From the NCBI RefSeq assembly GCF_009914755.1, contig NC_060930.1: 64,000 nucleotides of DNA. One strand, 5' to 3'. The position numbers were made by a program, and so were the translations under genes. The stretch is from the human T2T-CHM13v2.0 reference genome, Homo sapiens. Below the pieces are notes generated by a model. It was given only the letters and a program-made list of their open reading frames with translations, ran no database searches and had not been told where the DNA came from. Below, piece by piece: positions 38,730 to 51,291 of the stretch; the first letter of the stretch is position 1; the number at the start of each line of letters is the position of its first letter.

Positions 38730-39309
38730 GTGAGTCACGAGGGGCAGGGAGAGATTCGTCCTTCCTGGGGCAAATCAAGCATGCTAAGAGTGTGTTTAGG
38801 GCTGGCACCAAGAGAACCTCTTTCCCTGCTCAGAAGGAAGGTGAATAGGGGCCAGAGCCTGAGCGAAGCCTCTTATATCCCGTTGGCAGGCATACCTCTG
38901 CCCACTGAGACCCCTGCTGTCCTTGTCAGTAAGTTTCAACCATATATTCTGGCCCTGTCTAGCTACCCCAGCCCCGTGCCCTCATTGCCACAGGGCAGTA
39001 GATGTTTCACCACTTCCTGCCTTGACTGGAAGGCAGATCATGTCTTTGATGGGTTATTGCCAGCTCTTGGGTCAACTAAAGAAAAGAGAGACAAGGCCCA
39101 GGGCAGGAGGAGGAGGGATGGGCAAGAGTAGAGCGTGGAAGCCCCCAGAGTGGATACTTGGGCCTGAAGGGCCTCTTTGGCTTCCAGGAAAGATAGTGAT
39201 GGGAGTTGGAGACCAGTGTGCCAGACCCTGGGACTGGGGTGTCCATGGGTACTTGGTGGAGGTGGCAATTGGGTGGGACAGAGCACAAATAAGACTCTGT
39301 GTCTTGCAG

Positions 39310-39429
39310 GTGGGGCAGTGGCCCAGCAGGTCCCAGTGCAGGCCATTCAAGTGCACCAGGCCCCACAGCAAGCGTCTCCCTCCCGTGACAGCAGCACAGA
39401 CCTCACGCAGACCTCCTCCAGCGGGACAG
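39310..39429 (+). CDS. SRF: SRF exon 4
   Basis: tgcag|GTGGG...ACAG|gtata; GAVAQQVPVQAIQVHQAPQQ...; 120 nt. Confidence 0.96.
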
Positions 39430-39879
39430 GTATAGCTCGCAGCCCTGTCACCCTCCCTCCCTGCCTTCCCCCACGAGGCCTAGCAGTAGGTGCCCAACAG
39501 TAACCCTCCTGTAACTAAAGTCAGGGGATTTCTTAAAGTGGAGATTGAGGCTTTGGGCCTAATAATTATGGGGAAGTCAGGTGAGGATGACTGGGTTTTG
39601 AATCCCGCCCTGCAGTGGGCTGCGGATTCCAGAAGAAAATTAGGGACCATTGACCTACCTCCTCATTCAGATGAGGAGCCTGAGGCCTAGAAATAAGAAG
39701 TTACTTGCTCAAAGACACATTTGCTTAATTATCAGGAAGGACTTAGAGAGCAATTTTCTCTTTGTGCGAGGGTCTTACAGGTTTTGAGTAGCCACAGTTA
39801 CCCTCAGGTATCTCTAGACATTTCAGAAATGATGAGATACTCTCAAAGTAAGGTTAATTTTAAGTTCTTATTATTTATA

Positions 39880-40360
<481 letters not shown>

Positions 40361-40406
40361 TGTTTGAAAGATGAATTTGTTAGCTGTGCATTAAGAAGGA
40401 GAGAGA

Positions 40407-40782
<376 letters not shown>

Positions 40783-41066
40783 TCAGTCATAATCTTTGTT
40801 TTTCCCAAGATTTAGGACTTAGAGAATTCAGTAGATAGACAATTGAATAAATAGTACAATGTGATAGGATACAATTAAAGATTGATGCTGTTGTGTTCAA
40901 GAAAAAATAGGCTTTTCTTAGTTGATGATGGAGCTGAGGAATAGTCGTGTCTAGCTTCTGACCTGGGAAATGGCAAGAGGGCTCTGGGGGCCTGGAATTC
41001 CTAGGGACGGAATGGGAGTTATCAGTGGGGACCAGTGCCGAGCTGACACATGTCTGTGTTTGCCAG

Positions 41067-41258
41067 TGACGCTGCCCGCCACCATCATGACGTCATCCGT
41101 GCCCACAACTGTGGGTGGCCACATGATGTACCCTAGCCCGCATGCGGTGATGTATGCCCCCACCTCGGGCCTGGGTGATGGCAGCCTCACCGTGCTGAAT
41201 GCCTTCTCCCAGGCACCATCCACCATGCAGGTGTCACACAGCCAGGTCCAGGAGCCAG
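41067..41258 (+). CDS. SRF: SRF exon 5 (transactivation region; symmetric 192-nt cassette)
   Basis: gccag|TGACG...CCAG|gtgag; TLPATIMTSSVPTTVGGHMMYPSPHAVMYAP. Confidence 0.96.
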
Positions 41259-41307
41259 GTGAGTAGAGGAGCAGGGCTAAGGAAAGGAGGACCGTTTCCT
41301 TCTTTAT

Positions 41308-41336
41308 ACACACACACACACACACATACACACACA
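41308..41336. repeat. Interrupted (CA)n in SRF intron 5
   Basis: Direct read. Confidence 0.9.
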
Positions 41337-41578
41337 TATGCACTGATGCCTACAAATATTTCTACCCAAATACAACACAGACTTGGATGCTCACACACAC
41401 ATTTGGACACCCCACTTGGACGCTCACACCCGCATGCACCCTCAGACACACTGGCACCCTTTCCCTTGGGCTCTTACATCTGAGACTGCCCCAGTCACTT
41501 GTGCATTTGACACCACTCCTCCAATATCTGGAAGTTTCAACAAACAATTTGAGTATCTCCTGTGGTTTTCCAATGTAG

Positions 41579-41655
41579 GTGGCGTCCCCCAGGTGTTCCT
41601 GACAGCATCATCTGGGACAGTGCAGATCCCTGTTTCAGCAGTTCAGCTCCACCAG
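41579..41655 (+). CDS. SRF: SRF exon 6
   Basis: tgtag|GTGGC...CCAG|gtagg; GVPQVFLTASSGTVQIPVSAVQLHQ; 77 nt. Confidence 0.96.
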
Positions 41656-41867
41656 GTAGGTAGGGATATCTTTCACCCCATCCCAGATAGCCACTTCTTT
41701 GTCTTGACCTTAGGGGATCCTGTTACCAGTTCATCAAAGCCAAAATCCCTAGCCTGGAAGCCCATCTGCTTTTCTGCTCAGGCCTGTGGTTGGCAGGCAG
41801 GGAAGCCAGGGGAGCCTGAACTGGCTGGCCAGTCCCTGCCCCTCCTCATACATCCCCTTCCCTCCAG

Positions 41868-41963
41868 ATGGCTGTGATAGGGCAGCAGGCCGGGAGCAGC
41901 AGCAACCTCACCGAGCTACAGGTGGTGAACCTGGACACCGCCCACAGCACCAAGAGTGAATGA
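41868..41963 (+). CDS. SRF: SRF exon 7, coding part to TGA
   Basis: ctccag|ATGGCT; MAVIGQQAGSSSNLTELQVVNLDTAHSTKSE*; exons sum to 1527 nt = 508 aa plus stop. Confidence 0.97.
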   Translation: MAVIGQQAGSSSNLTELQVVNLDTAHSTKSE

Positions 41964-44278
41964 TCCGCCCGCCGCCCTGGACAGATGGCCCAAGGGATGG
42001 CACCACTTATTTATTGTTGCCTTTTCACGTTTTCTTTACACACACGTTGACGGGCCGCAGGAGGGAGGCGGGGAGGAGGAACGGGCAGCCACAGGACTGA
42101 GCCCTCTCACTCCAGCCAAAGAAATGGGCCTGCCTGCCTCCACCCGTCCTCCCTCAGCCTCCCCTTCTTCCCGCCCCACCTCCCATTTCTGTTGCTGGAG
42201 GGGCTGTCCTCCTTCCTGGGACCCCCTCGCCAGCTTGGCTCGATGTTTGCCATGAGTATTAGCTTACCCAATGGGACCGTGCCCCACCTCCCCACACACA
42301 GGCCTTCTGTGGGGCTGGGCACCGTGTCCTCCTCTGAGGAAGCAGTTGGGGCCCTCTTGCCAGCCTCCTTGCTGACCCCAGGTCAGCCCTGTGTCTGTCA
42401 CAGGCTGGGTCAAAAGAGCCCTGGCTCTGCCCCTCAGGGGGCCAGCTGGGGAGATGGGGGCTTCTTCCTCACACTGCTGTCCTCTCCCCCTTCAGCTCCT
42501 GAGTAGCTGGGCCTGTGCACTGGGCAGGTTCCTGGGGCCGCCTGCCCTGCCTTGCCGCTCCCCTTGGACCTCCAGGGGCTCCTGGGTTGGAGGGAACCAC
42601 CAGCGTTCCCTTCTCCCCCTTGTCTTCCCCCCTCTCCTCCCAGCTGCTTTACTTAAAGTTGATTTTGAACTTTTTATTTGAGGAGACGAAGTGAAAACAA
42701 ATCTATAAATATATATTTTTAAAATATTTAACTTTTTTTTATGGCGTTTTTCTCGTCCCCCTCCCTGCCCAAACTCCCCTTCCCTGGGGAGCCCTCAGGC
42801 TCCCCAGAACTGGCTGGGCCCCTGGGGACAGAGCCACCCCATGAGCTCGGGGTCCACCAGTGTGTGGGGGAGATTCTGGGTTTGCCCAGTCCTGGGTTGT
42901 TTCCAGGAGAAAGCCGGGGGAGGGGCCCTCAGGCCATTCCCCAACGGGGTGGGGAGGGTGACCCACAGCTCTGGGCCTCTTTTTGCCCTTTAGGGCTGTT
43001 GCTAGGGAGAGGGAAGAGGGAGACCAAATGTCGGGGTTGGGGTGGGAGGGCGTCAGGCAGAGGCAACTGACTTCATTTGTGCCACATGCATGGGCATTGC
43101 AGCCTTGCGCTGTCCCAGGCATGCAGCTGCCTGGGGCCCAAGTTGCAGTGAGCAGGGTGGGGTCTGGGAGGGGGTGAGAGGCAGGAATGGGGGTCAGAAG
43201 AAGTGGGAGCAGCTTCTTGGGCTGAGTGCAGCCAAAGGGGAGCCAGAAATGGGCAGTTCTCCCAGGGAGTGAGCAGCTACTGTAACTTTTTTAAATTAAG
43301 ACAAAAAGCCTTGAAGAAAATGACTTTATTTTTCTAAGTGTAACCTCAGTATTTATGTAATTTGTACAGGGGCCATGCCCCACCCCCCTCCTCCCCCTTT
43401 GGGGTAGACCTTGAGGGTGGGCCAGCATAGGGGGGAGGGTCTTTTACCCTGTGTCAGAGCCTACCTTCACCACCTATATCCAGAAGGGGAGCTTTTTCAG
43501 AAACAGGGCAGCAGTGGGGTGAAATTTTCTTAACCCCTAAGACTGCCTTCAGTAGGAACAAGCTGGCTTCTGTGATTAGGTGAAGGGATGGGGGAAGATT
43601 TTATGCACAGCCTAGTTATCAAGGGGATGATTTGCCGACATGTTTGAGAACCCCCTAACCTCTAACCCTCATTGCTGTCTTGCCCCAGTTTGGGGTGCCA
43701 AGATGGAAGTCACCTTTCTGGGCTTTCTCCTGGAGATAGCTGGGGCTTATGGGTGGCTTTCAAGGCTGGGGCATGGCAAATCAGGGGCCAGAGAGCAGGG
43801 GAGCTTGGGACTCAGGTCTGTAACTGCCCAGCCCCTTTTCTCTGCTCTTGTTTCACTCCACCATCACTCACTCACTCCCCACTCCCCCACCCATGGGGAG
43901 GAGACCTTTGATGAATTCTTCCTCTCCTTCCCACAAAAGACAGACCCAGTGAGTGAATCAGGCAAAGTGCTTATAATGTGTGTTGTGTGAGCGTGGCCTT
44001 GGGAGGACATGCGTGTGTCAGGGATGAGTTGAGGTGATATTTTTATGTGCAGCGACCCTTGGTGTTTCCCTTCCTCGGTGGCTCTGGGGTATGTGTGTGT
44101 GGGTGTGTGCGCCTGAGTGAGTGTGTGTGCTTGAATGTGAGTGTGTATGTCAGTGGTTTCTACTTCCCCTGGGATGCTGACCCAGGAATAGTGGACATGG
44201 TCACAGTCCTATGTACAGAGCTTTCTTTTGTATTAAAAAAAAATACTCTTTCAATAAATGTATCATTTTTGTGCACAG
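41964..44278 (+). other. SRF: SRF long 3' UTR
   Basis: Transposon-free stretch from the stop codon to AATAAA. Confidence 0.85.
44253..44258 (+). terminator. SRF: SRF distal polyadenylation signal AATAAA (ATTAAA at 44232)
   Basis: Canonical hexamer, upstream UGUA, downstream GU/U-rich tract 44287-44306. Confidence 0.88.
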
Positions 44279-44739
44279 ACTGTGGGGTCTTTGGTTCTGT
44301 TTTTCTACTTAGGGAGGGATGGGGGTATGAACGCGAGGCAAACTCCTAAAATTGCTGCTCTGAGTAGCGATCCGGGCTGCTTGATGAGAACGGTAATGCT
44401 AAGGTGTGCTTTGGGCTGTTTAATTCTATACGATTTAATTTAAGGAAAGTTTTGCGGGGCCGAGGACCTTCTCCCTGTGCGTGGCTTCGCTAGGTGTTAA
44501 GGCCAACGCAGAGGAGCAAATTTTAATTAACAGGAAAAGTGACACAACTAATCCAAAGCATTGCTGAAGGGTTTGGGAAACTCATGGGCACCTGACCTAC
44601 TGAAAAGTCAAAAAGGGCAGCCTTAAGGTGGGAATGTGGGTTACCATGTTTCGTCAGCATGATCGCTGTGATGGGAGAGGGAGGATTAGGAGGGCCGACC
44701 CAGTGAAGAGGAGGGGGCTTCACAGTTGACTGGATGGAA

Positions 44740-45060
44740 ACGGCTTCTTCCTGCTGCTGAGAGAGGAGCAACGTGACCTCGATCCCAGGCTCCTCCGGTA
44801 GCGCGCCCCCACACCCCTCTTCCAGTGCAGCCGCCCGCGGTAGCACGCATGCTCCACTCGCGCGCTGTTCCGCCACGCTCGGCGTGGGCCGCGGTGGGAC
44901 CCGTAGGTGCCCGGCCGTGCGTGCACTCGCCGTGTGACCCGGAAGGGAGCTCTGAGGAGGCGGGGCCAGGACGGCGGGACCGGCCGCTGGGTCCCAGCGA
45001 GGGCTGAGCCGGGCGGTGGGAGGTGAGAGGAGAGTTCTGCGCCGACCCAATCCCTCCCCT
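44740..45060 (+). promoter_or_regulatory. CUL9: CUL9 CpG-island promoter (NRF1-like gcacgcatgc 44843, ETS CCGGAAG 44939-44945, GC box 44957-44966)
   Basis: CpG-dense and TATA-less; motifs read directly. Confidence 0.8.
44945..45022 (+). other. CUL9: CUL9 non-coding exon 1 (start approximate)
   Basis: Strong donor GGAG|gtgaga at 45022/45023 within the CpG island. Confidence 0.7.
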
Positions 45061-45719
45061 TCTCCTGTCCCCTCCCCGGTCCTTTAGCCACTGTCCATGG
45101 GGCTGACGAAGGGAACCAGGTCTTGCTCTCTGAGATTCACTGGATCTTTTCAGCTTTTTTGGACCGCGCCCCCAACCATCCTTCCCCCTCCCCCCAAACC
45201 CGTTCCCTCTGCGGTGCTGGCCTCCTCCACCTCCCCACGGCTCTGCAAGCTTGGGCTTGACCTTGCTATCTGCTGGTCTCATCCATGCGTCCAGAGCTCA
45301 CCCCCACACCTCAGTTTATTGTTGCTCTTCTAGGCCCACGTTACACCTCCTACCTCCTCCTATCCGATTCTTTTACTTCCCCCTGCTGCTAATCAGTTGC
45401 CCGCTGGCACATCGCTGGCTACCATCCAGGCTTGCCCCCCATCCTAAGTGGACCCCTACCTCCATTGAGGTCCACATCCATCTTTCTCCCTCCTCTTCAC
45501 CTCTACTCTCATCTTCTGTCCCTGTACCCCAACATGACCCCTGCCCTGACCACTGTATCTTCATCTGGGTTTACCTTCTTCCATTCTTATTCTCACTATT
45601 CCCTGTTGCCCCTGCACTGCTTCTTATCACGCATATCTTTCCTGATTATTCCACTCCCATTTATAATCGGTCTTAATAACTTTGCATTTATTTGATGACT
45701 CCCCTACCTTCTCCATCTA

Positions 45720-45945
45720 AGAATAATAACAGATTATGTTTACTGAACACTCTTTATGTGCTAGATGCTGTTCCAAGTGCTTTACATACATGATCCTACT
45801 AAATTCATGAAGTAACTATGAATATTACTACCATCTTGCAGAAGAGGAAACAAGCTCAGAGGTTAAGTAACTTGTTCCAAACTATGCAGACAGTGAGACA
45901 GAAAGCCAGAATTCAGAGTCACATTTATCTGATACTGAAGTCTCT
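45720..45945. mobile_element. MIR
   Basis: tttactgaacac...gaggaaacaagctcagaggttaagtaacttg. Confidence 0.8.
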
Positions 45946-46460
45946 GAATATTGCTTCTCTCCTGACCTCATTTCCTACCTTTAACCCCATGATTACCACC
46001 TCTATCTTATCTACCTAACTTACTTAAATCCTTACCATACATGCAGTATAAGGGCAGGGTGGGACCTGGTCATCTTTCCCATAATTTTATCTGGTCCCTA
46101 GGGCCCTCCCCCTTTCACAAGACTCGAATATACTTTTCCTATCCAGTCATTTGCCCCAACATCCCAGCCTTTTGTCATCTCCATTCTCTATATCTGCCAT
46201 GGCCCACCCTTTACATCCACTTTGCAGCTTTACTCTGTCATTTATGCTCCCTGTCCTGCCCCTCCGCTATCCTACTTTTCCTCACATGTTCTGATCCCAC
46301 TGCCTCACATGCTGCTGTCCTTCCTGTCCACCCATGTCATTCTTCTAAGTCCTAATCTGTAACCCTCAGCCACCCTGCTATCCTGCCTAAACTGTCTTGC
46401 TTAACTGTCACTCTGTTTATTGTTACTTTGCCTATTACTGTTTTAATTCTCTTTTTGTAA

Positions 46461-46820
<360 letters not shown>

Positions 46821-47079
46821 ACTCTTCCATTTCTTAAACCCCTTCTTCATCCCCTCTCTGTCTTCACTCCATTCTCCTTCTGTTATAAATCCCAAAGTAT
46901 GTTCAGCTATTTATTCCATCCTATTTTTTGCCTTTTCTGTTTGGCCTCCTAAATTCTACCATGCAGCCTACCGATCACCACCCACCTTCTCTGTGTCTCA
47001 AGATTCCACCCCCTCCATGTATTTTTTTTCTTTTCTCATACTGCCTTATCTTTCTCCTTGTGTATCCCAGGAGGTCAGG

Positions 47080-47674
47080 ATGGTGGGGGAACGGCATGCT
47101 GGGGACCTCATGGTGCCCTTAGGGCCTCGGCTGCAGGCATATCCTGAAGAACTCATTCGACAGAGGCCTGGGCATGACGGGCATCCTGAATACCTGATCC
47201 GATGGAGTGTCCTGAAGTGTGGGGAAGTGGGCAAAGTGGGTGTGGAAGAAGGCAAAGCAGAGCACATCCTCATGTGGCTGTCGGCTCCTGAGGTCTACGC
47301 CAACTGCCCTGGGCTGTTAGGTGAGCGGGCACTATCTAAGGGACTTCAGCACGAACCAGCTGGGGTTTCAGGAAGCTTTCCTCGAGATCCAGGAGGCCTG
47401 GATGAAGTGGCAATGGGAGAGATGGAGGCTGATGTTCAGGCGCTGGTACGCAGGGCGGCCAGGCAGCTGGCAGAAAGTGGGACCCCAAGCCTCACGGCCG
47501 CTGTGCTTCACACCATCCACGTGCTCAGTGCCTACGCCAGCATCGGGCCCCTCACTGGTGTCTTCAGGGAGACAGGAGCCCTGGACCTGCTCATGCACAT
47601 GTTGTGCAATCCTGAGCCTCAGATCCGCCGGAGTGCAGGCAAAATGCTGCAGGCTCTGGCAGCCCACGATGCTG
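47080..47674 (+). CDS. CUL9: CUL9 (PARC) exon 2 coding part (exon acceptor at 47071)
   Basis: cccag|GAGGTCAGG ATG; MVGERHAGDLMVPLGPRLQAYPEELIRQRPGHDGHPEYLIRW (CUL7/CUL9 N-terminus); GCTG|gtaag; 595 nt. Confidence 0.95.
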
Positions 47675-48224
47675 GTAAGAGACAGCCAGGGAAGAAGGAA
47701 AGGAATGGAGAAAATGGGGCCACAGGGAATAAGAAAGAGGAGAGATTTCCTAGCTCTGTAAGAACACCTAGTATTTGGTGAATATCAATTTGATGCAAAG
47801 GAAAAAATATAGATTAATAGGCTATTTCAGGTATATAAAGAGGCTAAAATGATAGCCTCTGGCTTATCTGTTCATTCTCAGTGCATTGACCAGAGAAGAG
47901 AATAGGACTTATCTGTATTTTTGAAACTGGATTGAGATTTATTAGTTGGTTTTGAAATCAATTTGGTGGGTTACAACCAACATTTTTTTAAAAACTTAAG
48001 TCATTAGTGTGTAGCACTTAGTAGGGGTAAATTTTGTAGCATAAAATATATGTTTCAGTTATATGTATGTATGTTTGTAACAGGTTACCATGTAAAATGT
48101 ATTTCTTTCTGTGAGCCTTAGTAACAAAGTTTGAAAGCGTCTGGGGTAGGAGATAGAATCTAGGAAAGGCAGGGAGAAAGTACTGGGGATTGAGGAGAAG
48201 ATATGGATTGGGTATGGATTACAG

Positions 48225-48379
48225 GGAGTCGGGCTCACGTCCTTCTATCACTGAGCCAGCAAGATGGCATCGAGCAGCACATGGATTTTGACAGTCGCTA
48301 TACATTGCTGGAGCTGTTTGCAGAAACCACATCCTCTGAAGAACACTGCATGGCCTTTGAGGGCATTCATCTGCCTCAG
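48225..48379 (+). CDS. CUL9: CUL9 exon 3
   Basis: tacag|GGAGT...TCAG|gtaca; [34 protein letters not shown]; 155 nt, phases fit. Confidence 0.92.
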
Positions 48380-48723
48380 GTACACTGCCAGCTGTAGGGA
48401 AATGCTGTGTACAAGGGCTAAGACATTATTTATGAAAACGTGGTTCAGGACTGAATGTTAGCACCAGAGCCACCTGGGAACTTGTTAACATGAAGGTTCA
48501 TGTCCTCCCTCCCAACCCCTCTCCATTCAGAATTTCTGAGATGAGAACCCAGGAATCTGTGTTTTAAGACACTCCCTATGCCTTTCTTACACAAATCAAA
48601 GTTTCAGAACTACAGGCCTGGGGAGAAGGCCTTTATATTTTTCTGTAGAGGAGGATACTTCAGGGAAGGGGAGAGGCTAAAGCCAGGAAGAGATGAACCT
48701 GTCCCAAGGATTGTGTCTTACAG

Positions 48724-49224
48724 ATCCCAGGAAAGCTGCTTTTCTCCTTGGTGAAGCGCTACCTTTGTGTCACGTCCCTCCTGGATCAGCTGAATAGCAG
48801 TCCAGAGCTGGGAGCTGGAGACCAAAGCTCCCCATGTGCCACAAGAGAGAAAAGCCGGGGACAGCGGGAACTGGAGTTCAGCATGGCTGTGGGCAACCTC
48901 ATCTCTGAGCTTGTGCGGAGCATGGGCTGGGCCCGGAACCTCAGCGAACAGGGCATGTCACCTCCCCGGCCAACCCGGTCCATCTTTCAGCCCTACATTT
49001 CAGGCCCCAGCCTTTTACTCCCCACCATTGTCACCACCCCCAGAAGACAAGGGTGGGTCTTCCGCCAGCGCTCTGAATTCTCCAGCCGTAGTGGCTATGG
49101 AGAATATGTGCAGCAGACACTGCAGCCAGGGATGCGAGTGCGGATGCTGGATGATTATGAGGAGATCAGTGCTGGGGACGAGGGCGAGTTCCGGCAGAGC
49201 AACAACGGCATTCCCCCTGTGCAG
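48724..49224 (+). CDS. CUL9: CUL9 exon 4 (start of CPH p53-binding domain)
   Basis: tacag|ATCCC...GCAG|gtggg; ...[41 protein letters not shown]; 501 nt. Confidence 0.95.
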
Positions 49225-49728
49225 GTGGGCAGCACATGGTGGTGAGACACTGTTGGGAGTTTATTTGGGGTGGGGTGTAGCTGGGACTTCATAAGGAGGA
49301 CTCCTGCAGGCCACCCAAGAAGAACCCCCCTGGGGAATTGGAATGATACAAGGGGGTTGGCATTTGTGCGGGGTGCATTTGGAGGGCTGAGAAAATCTGG
49401 CAGGGGTGTGGGTGGGCTGTAAGTTCATGGGAGACTCACCCAGGAAGCAGAACTGATAAATGGAGATACCTCCCCACCAACACCAGTGGAAGAGGCTAGG
49501 AAGGAATGTCGAGGCAGAGAATCATGGTTAAGAAAAGAGGCAGGGCCCACTCCTGATAAGGGAAGGAAGCCTTTTGCCATATGGGGGTTTTTCCAGGCTT
49601 AGCCAGGTGTGTATCTGAGGGTGCGCCCCAGATCTATGCTTGGGCATGTCCTTTCAAGCCTTCACAGGCCAAGGCTCAGAGGGTTGAGCCTTCTCTATTC
49701 TGCTCTCTTTCTTCCTCCCTCATACCAG

Positions 49729-49864
49729 GTTTTCTGGCAGTCGACAGGCCGCACTTACTGGGTGCACTGGCACATGCTGGAGATCCTGGGCCCTGAGGAA
49801 GCCACTGAGGATAAGGCTTCAGCAGCTGTGGAGAAGGGGGCAGGGGCTACTGTGTTGGGCACAG
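49729..49864 (+). CDS. CUL9: CUL9 exon 5 (end of CPH domain)
   Basis: accag|GTTTT...ACAG|gtgag; [21 protein letters not shown]; 136 nt. Confidence 0.95.
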
Positions 49865-50014
49865 GTGAGCCTAAGAGGGGACATGGATAGCATGTCTCTG
49901 AACAGAGGATTAGTGACTGGGATGAAGCCACTTCTGACCAGGAGCAGCCCTAGGGGTCCAGAAATAGACCCCATTCCTGAGGGGTGCTGATGCCCGCCAT
50001 GCCTGTGTCCTCAG

Positions 50015-50208
50015 CATTTCCCTCCTGGGACTGGAATCCTATGGATGGGCTGTACCCTTTGCCGTACCTCCAGCCCGAACCTCAGAAGAATGAGAGAGTG
50101 GGATATCTGACCCAGGCTGAATGGTGGGAGCTGCTTTTCTTTATCAAAAAGTTGGACTTGTGTGAGCAGCAGCCAATTTTCCAGAATCTTTGGAAGAACC
50201 TGGATGAG
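50015..50208 (+). CDS. CUL9: CUL9 exon 6
   Basis: ctcag|CATTT...TGAG|gtatt; FPSWDWNPMDGLYPLPYL...LTQAEWWELLFFIKKL; 194 nt. Confidence 0.94.
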
Positions 50209-50481
50209 GTATTATAGGTCTGAGATACCTGGGGGTTTTCTAGTAGGGTTAGAGGTGGGATTCTCTAGAGGGAGTTTCAGATAGGGGTTACCGCTTAGGG
50301 GGAGGCTGGAGCTAGAGATTAGAGTTAGGAGGAGTCCTGCTGGGGGTTGGAGGCAAGTGCTGTGAGGGTCTAGTATGTAGAAGGTGTGGGGGCATGGTAG
50401 GGAGTGATCACCCTTCCCATTACTGACCCCAAGACCTTTGTGTCTGCTTGTCTCTTAAACGTATACCCCTTCTGTTGACAG

Positions 50482-50887
50482 ACCCTGGGTGAAAAGGCCC
50501 TAGGTGAGATCTCTGTGTCCGTGGAAATGGCCGAGAGTCTGCTGCAGGTTCTCAGTAGTCGATTTGAGGGCAGCACTCTCAATGACCTGCTCAACTCCCA
50601 GATCTACACCAAGTATGGGCTGCTGTCTAATGAACCAAGCAGCTCGTCTACTTCACGAAATCACTCCTGTACCCCAGATCCAGAAGAGGAGTCCAAGTCG
50701 GAGGCCAGCTTCTCAGAGGAAGAGACTGAGTCCCTCAAAGCAAAGGCCGAGGCCCCTAAGACAGAGGCCGAGCCCACCAAGACAAGGACCGAGACCCCCA
50801 TGGCACAGAGTGATTCTCAGCTGTTTAACCAGCTTCTGGTGACTGAGGGGATGACCCTGCCCACTGAGATGAAGGAGGCAGCCAGTG
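50482..50887 (+). CDS. CUL9: CUL9 exon 7
   Basis: gacag|ACCCT...AGTG|gtgag; TLGEKALGEISVSVEMAESLLQVL...; 406 nt. Confidence 0.93.
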
Positions 50888-51291
50888 GTGAGTCAGGTTC
50901 TGGGAGGAAGCAATTGGAACAAGTCCTGGGTAGTCTCAGTAGAAGAAATGGATAGTCAGGATCGAAGGAAAGCCATGGAGGAAGGTGATTTTTGCAGGGG
51001 AAAATGCCTTGGAACCATGCGTCCATCTTCTTCCTTTTGACCTTGATTGTATTTAATTAACCAGCGCTCCCTTCCTTCAGTATCTCTGGAAAAGGAGGAT
51101 CCGTTTTCTGGGGTGTCTTCATCTCCTTTGTTTGATCATTAGATCCCTGACACAGAATTGGAAAACTCTGCAAGCTGCAGTAGCCGATAATGTGTTTAAA
51201 TATTGGTAGGATAACTGGGCTTGACTTTAAAGACTTCTAACTTCAAGGTGCCACAGTTCTTTTAGCCATTGCCTTTTCCCACCAATTTCAG

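Noticed and set aside
44523-45282. Antisense ORFs of 175 and 198 aa across the CUL9 promoter
   Set aside because: GC-rich artefacts with no recognisable domain
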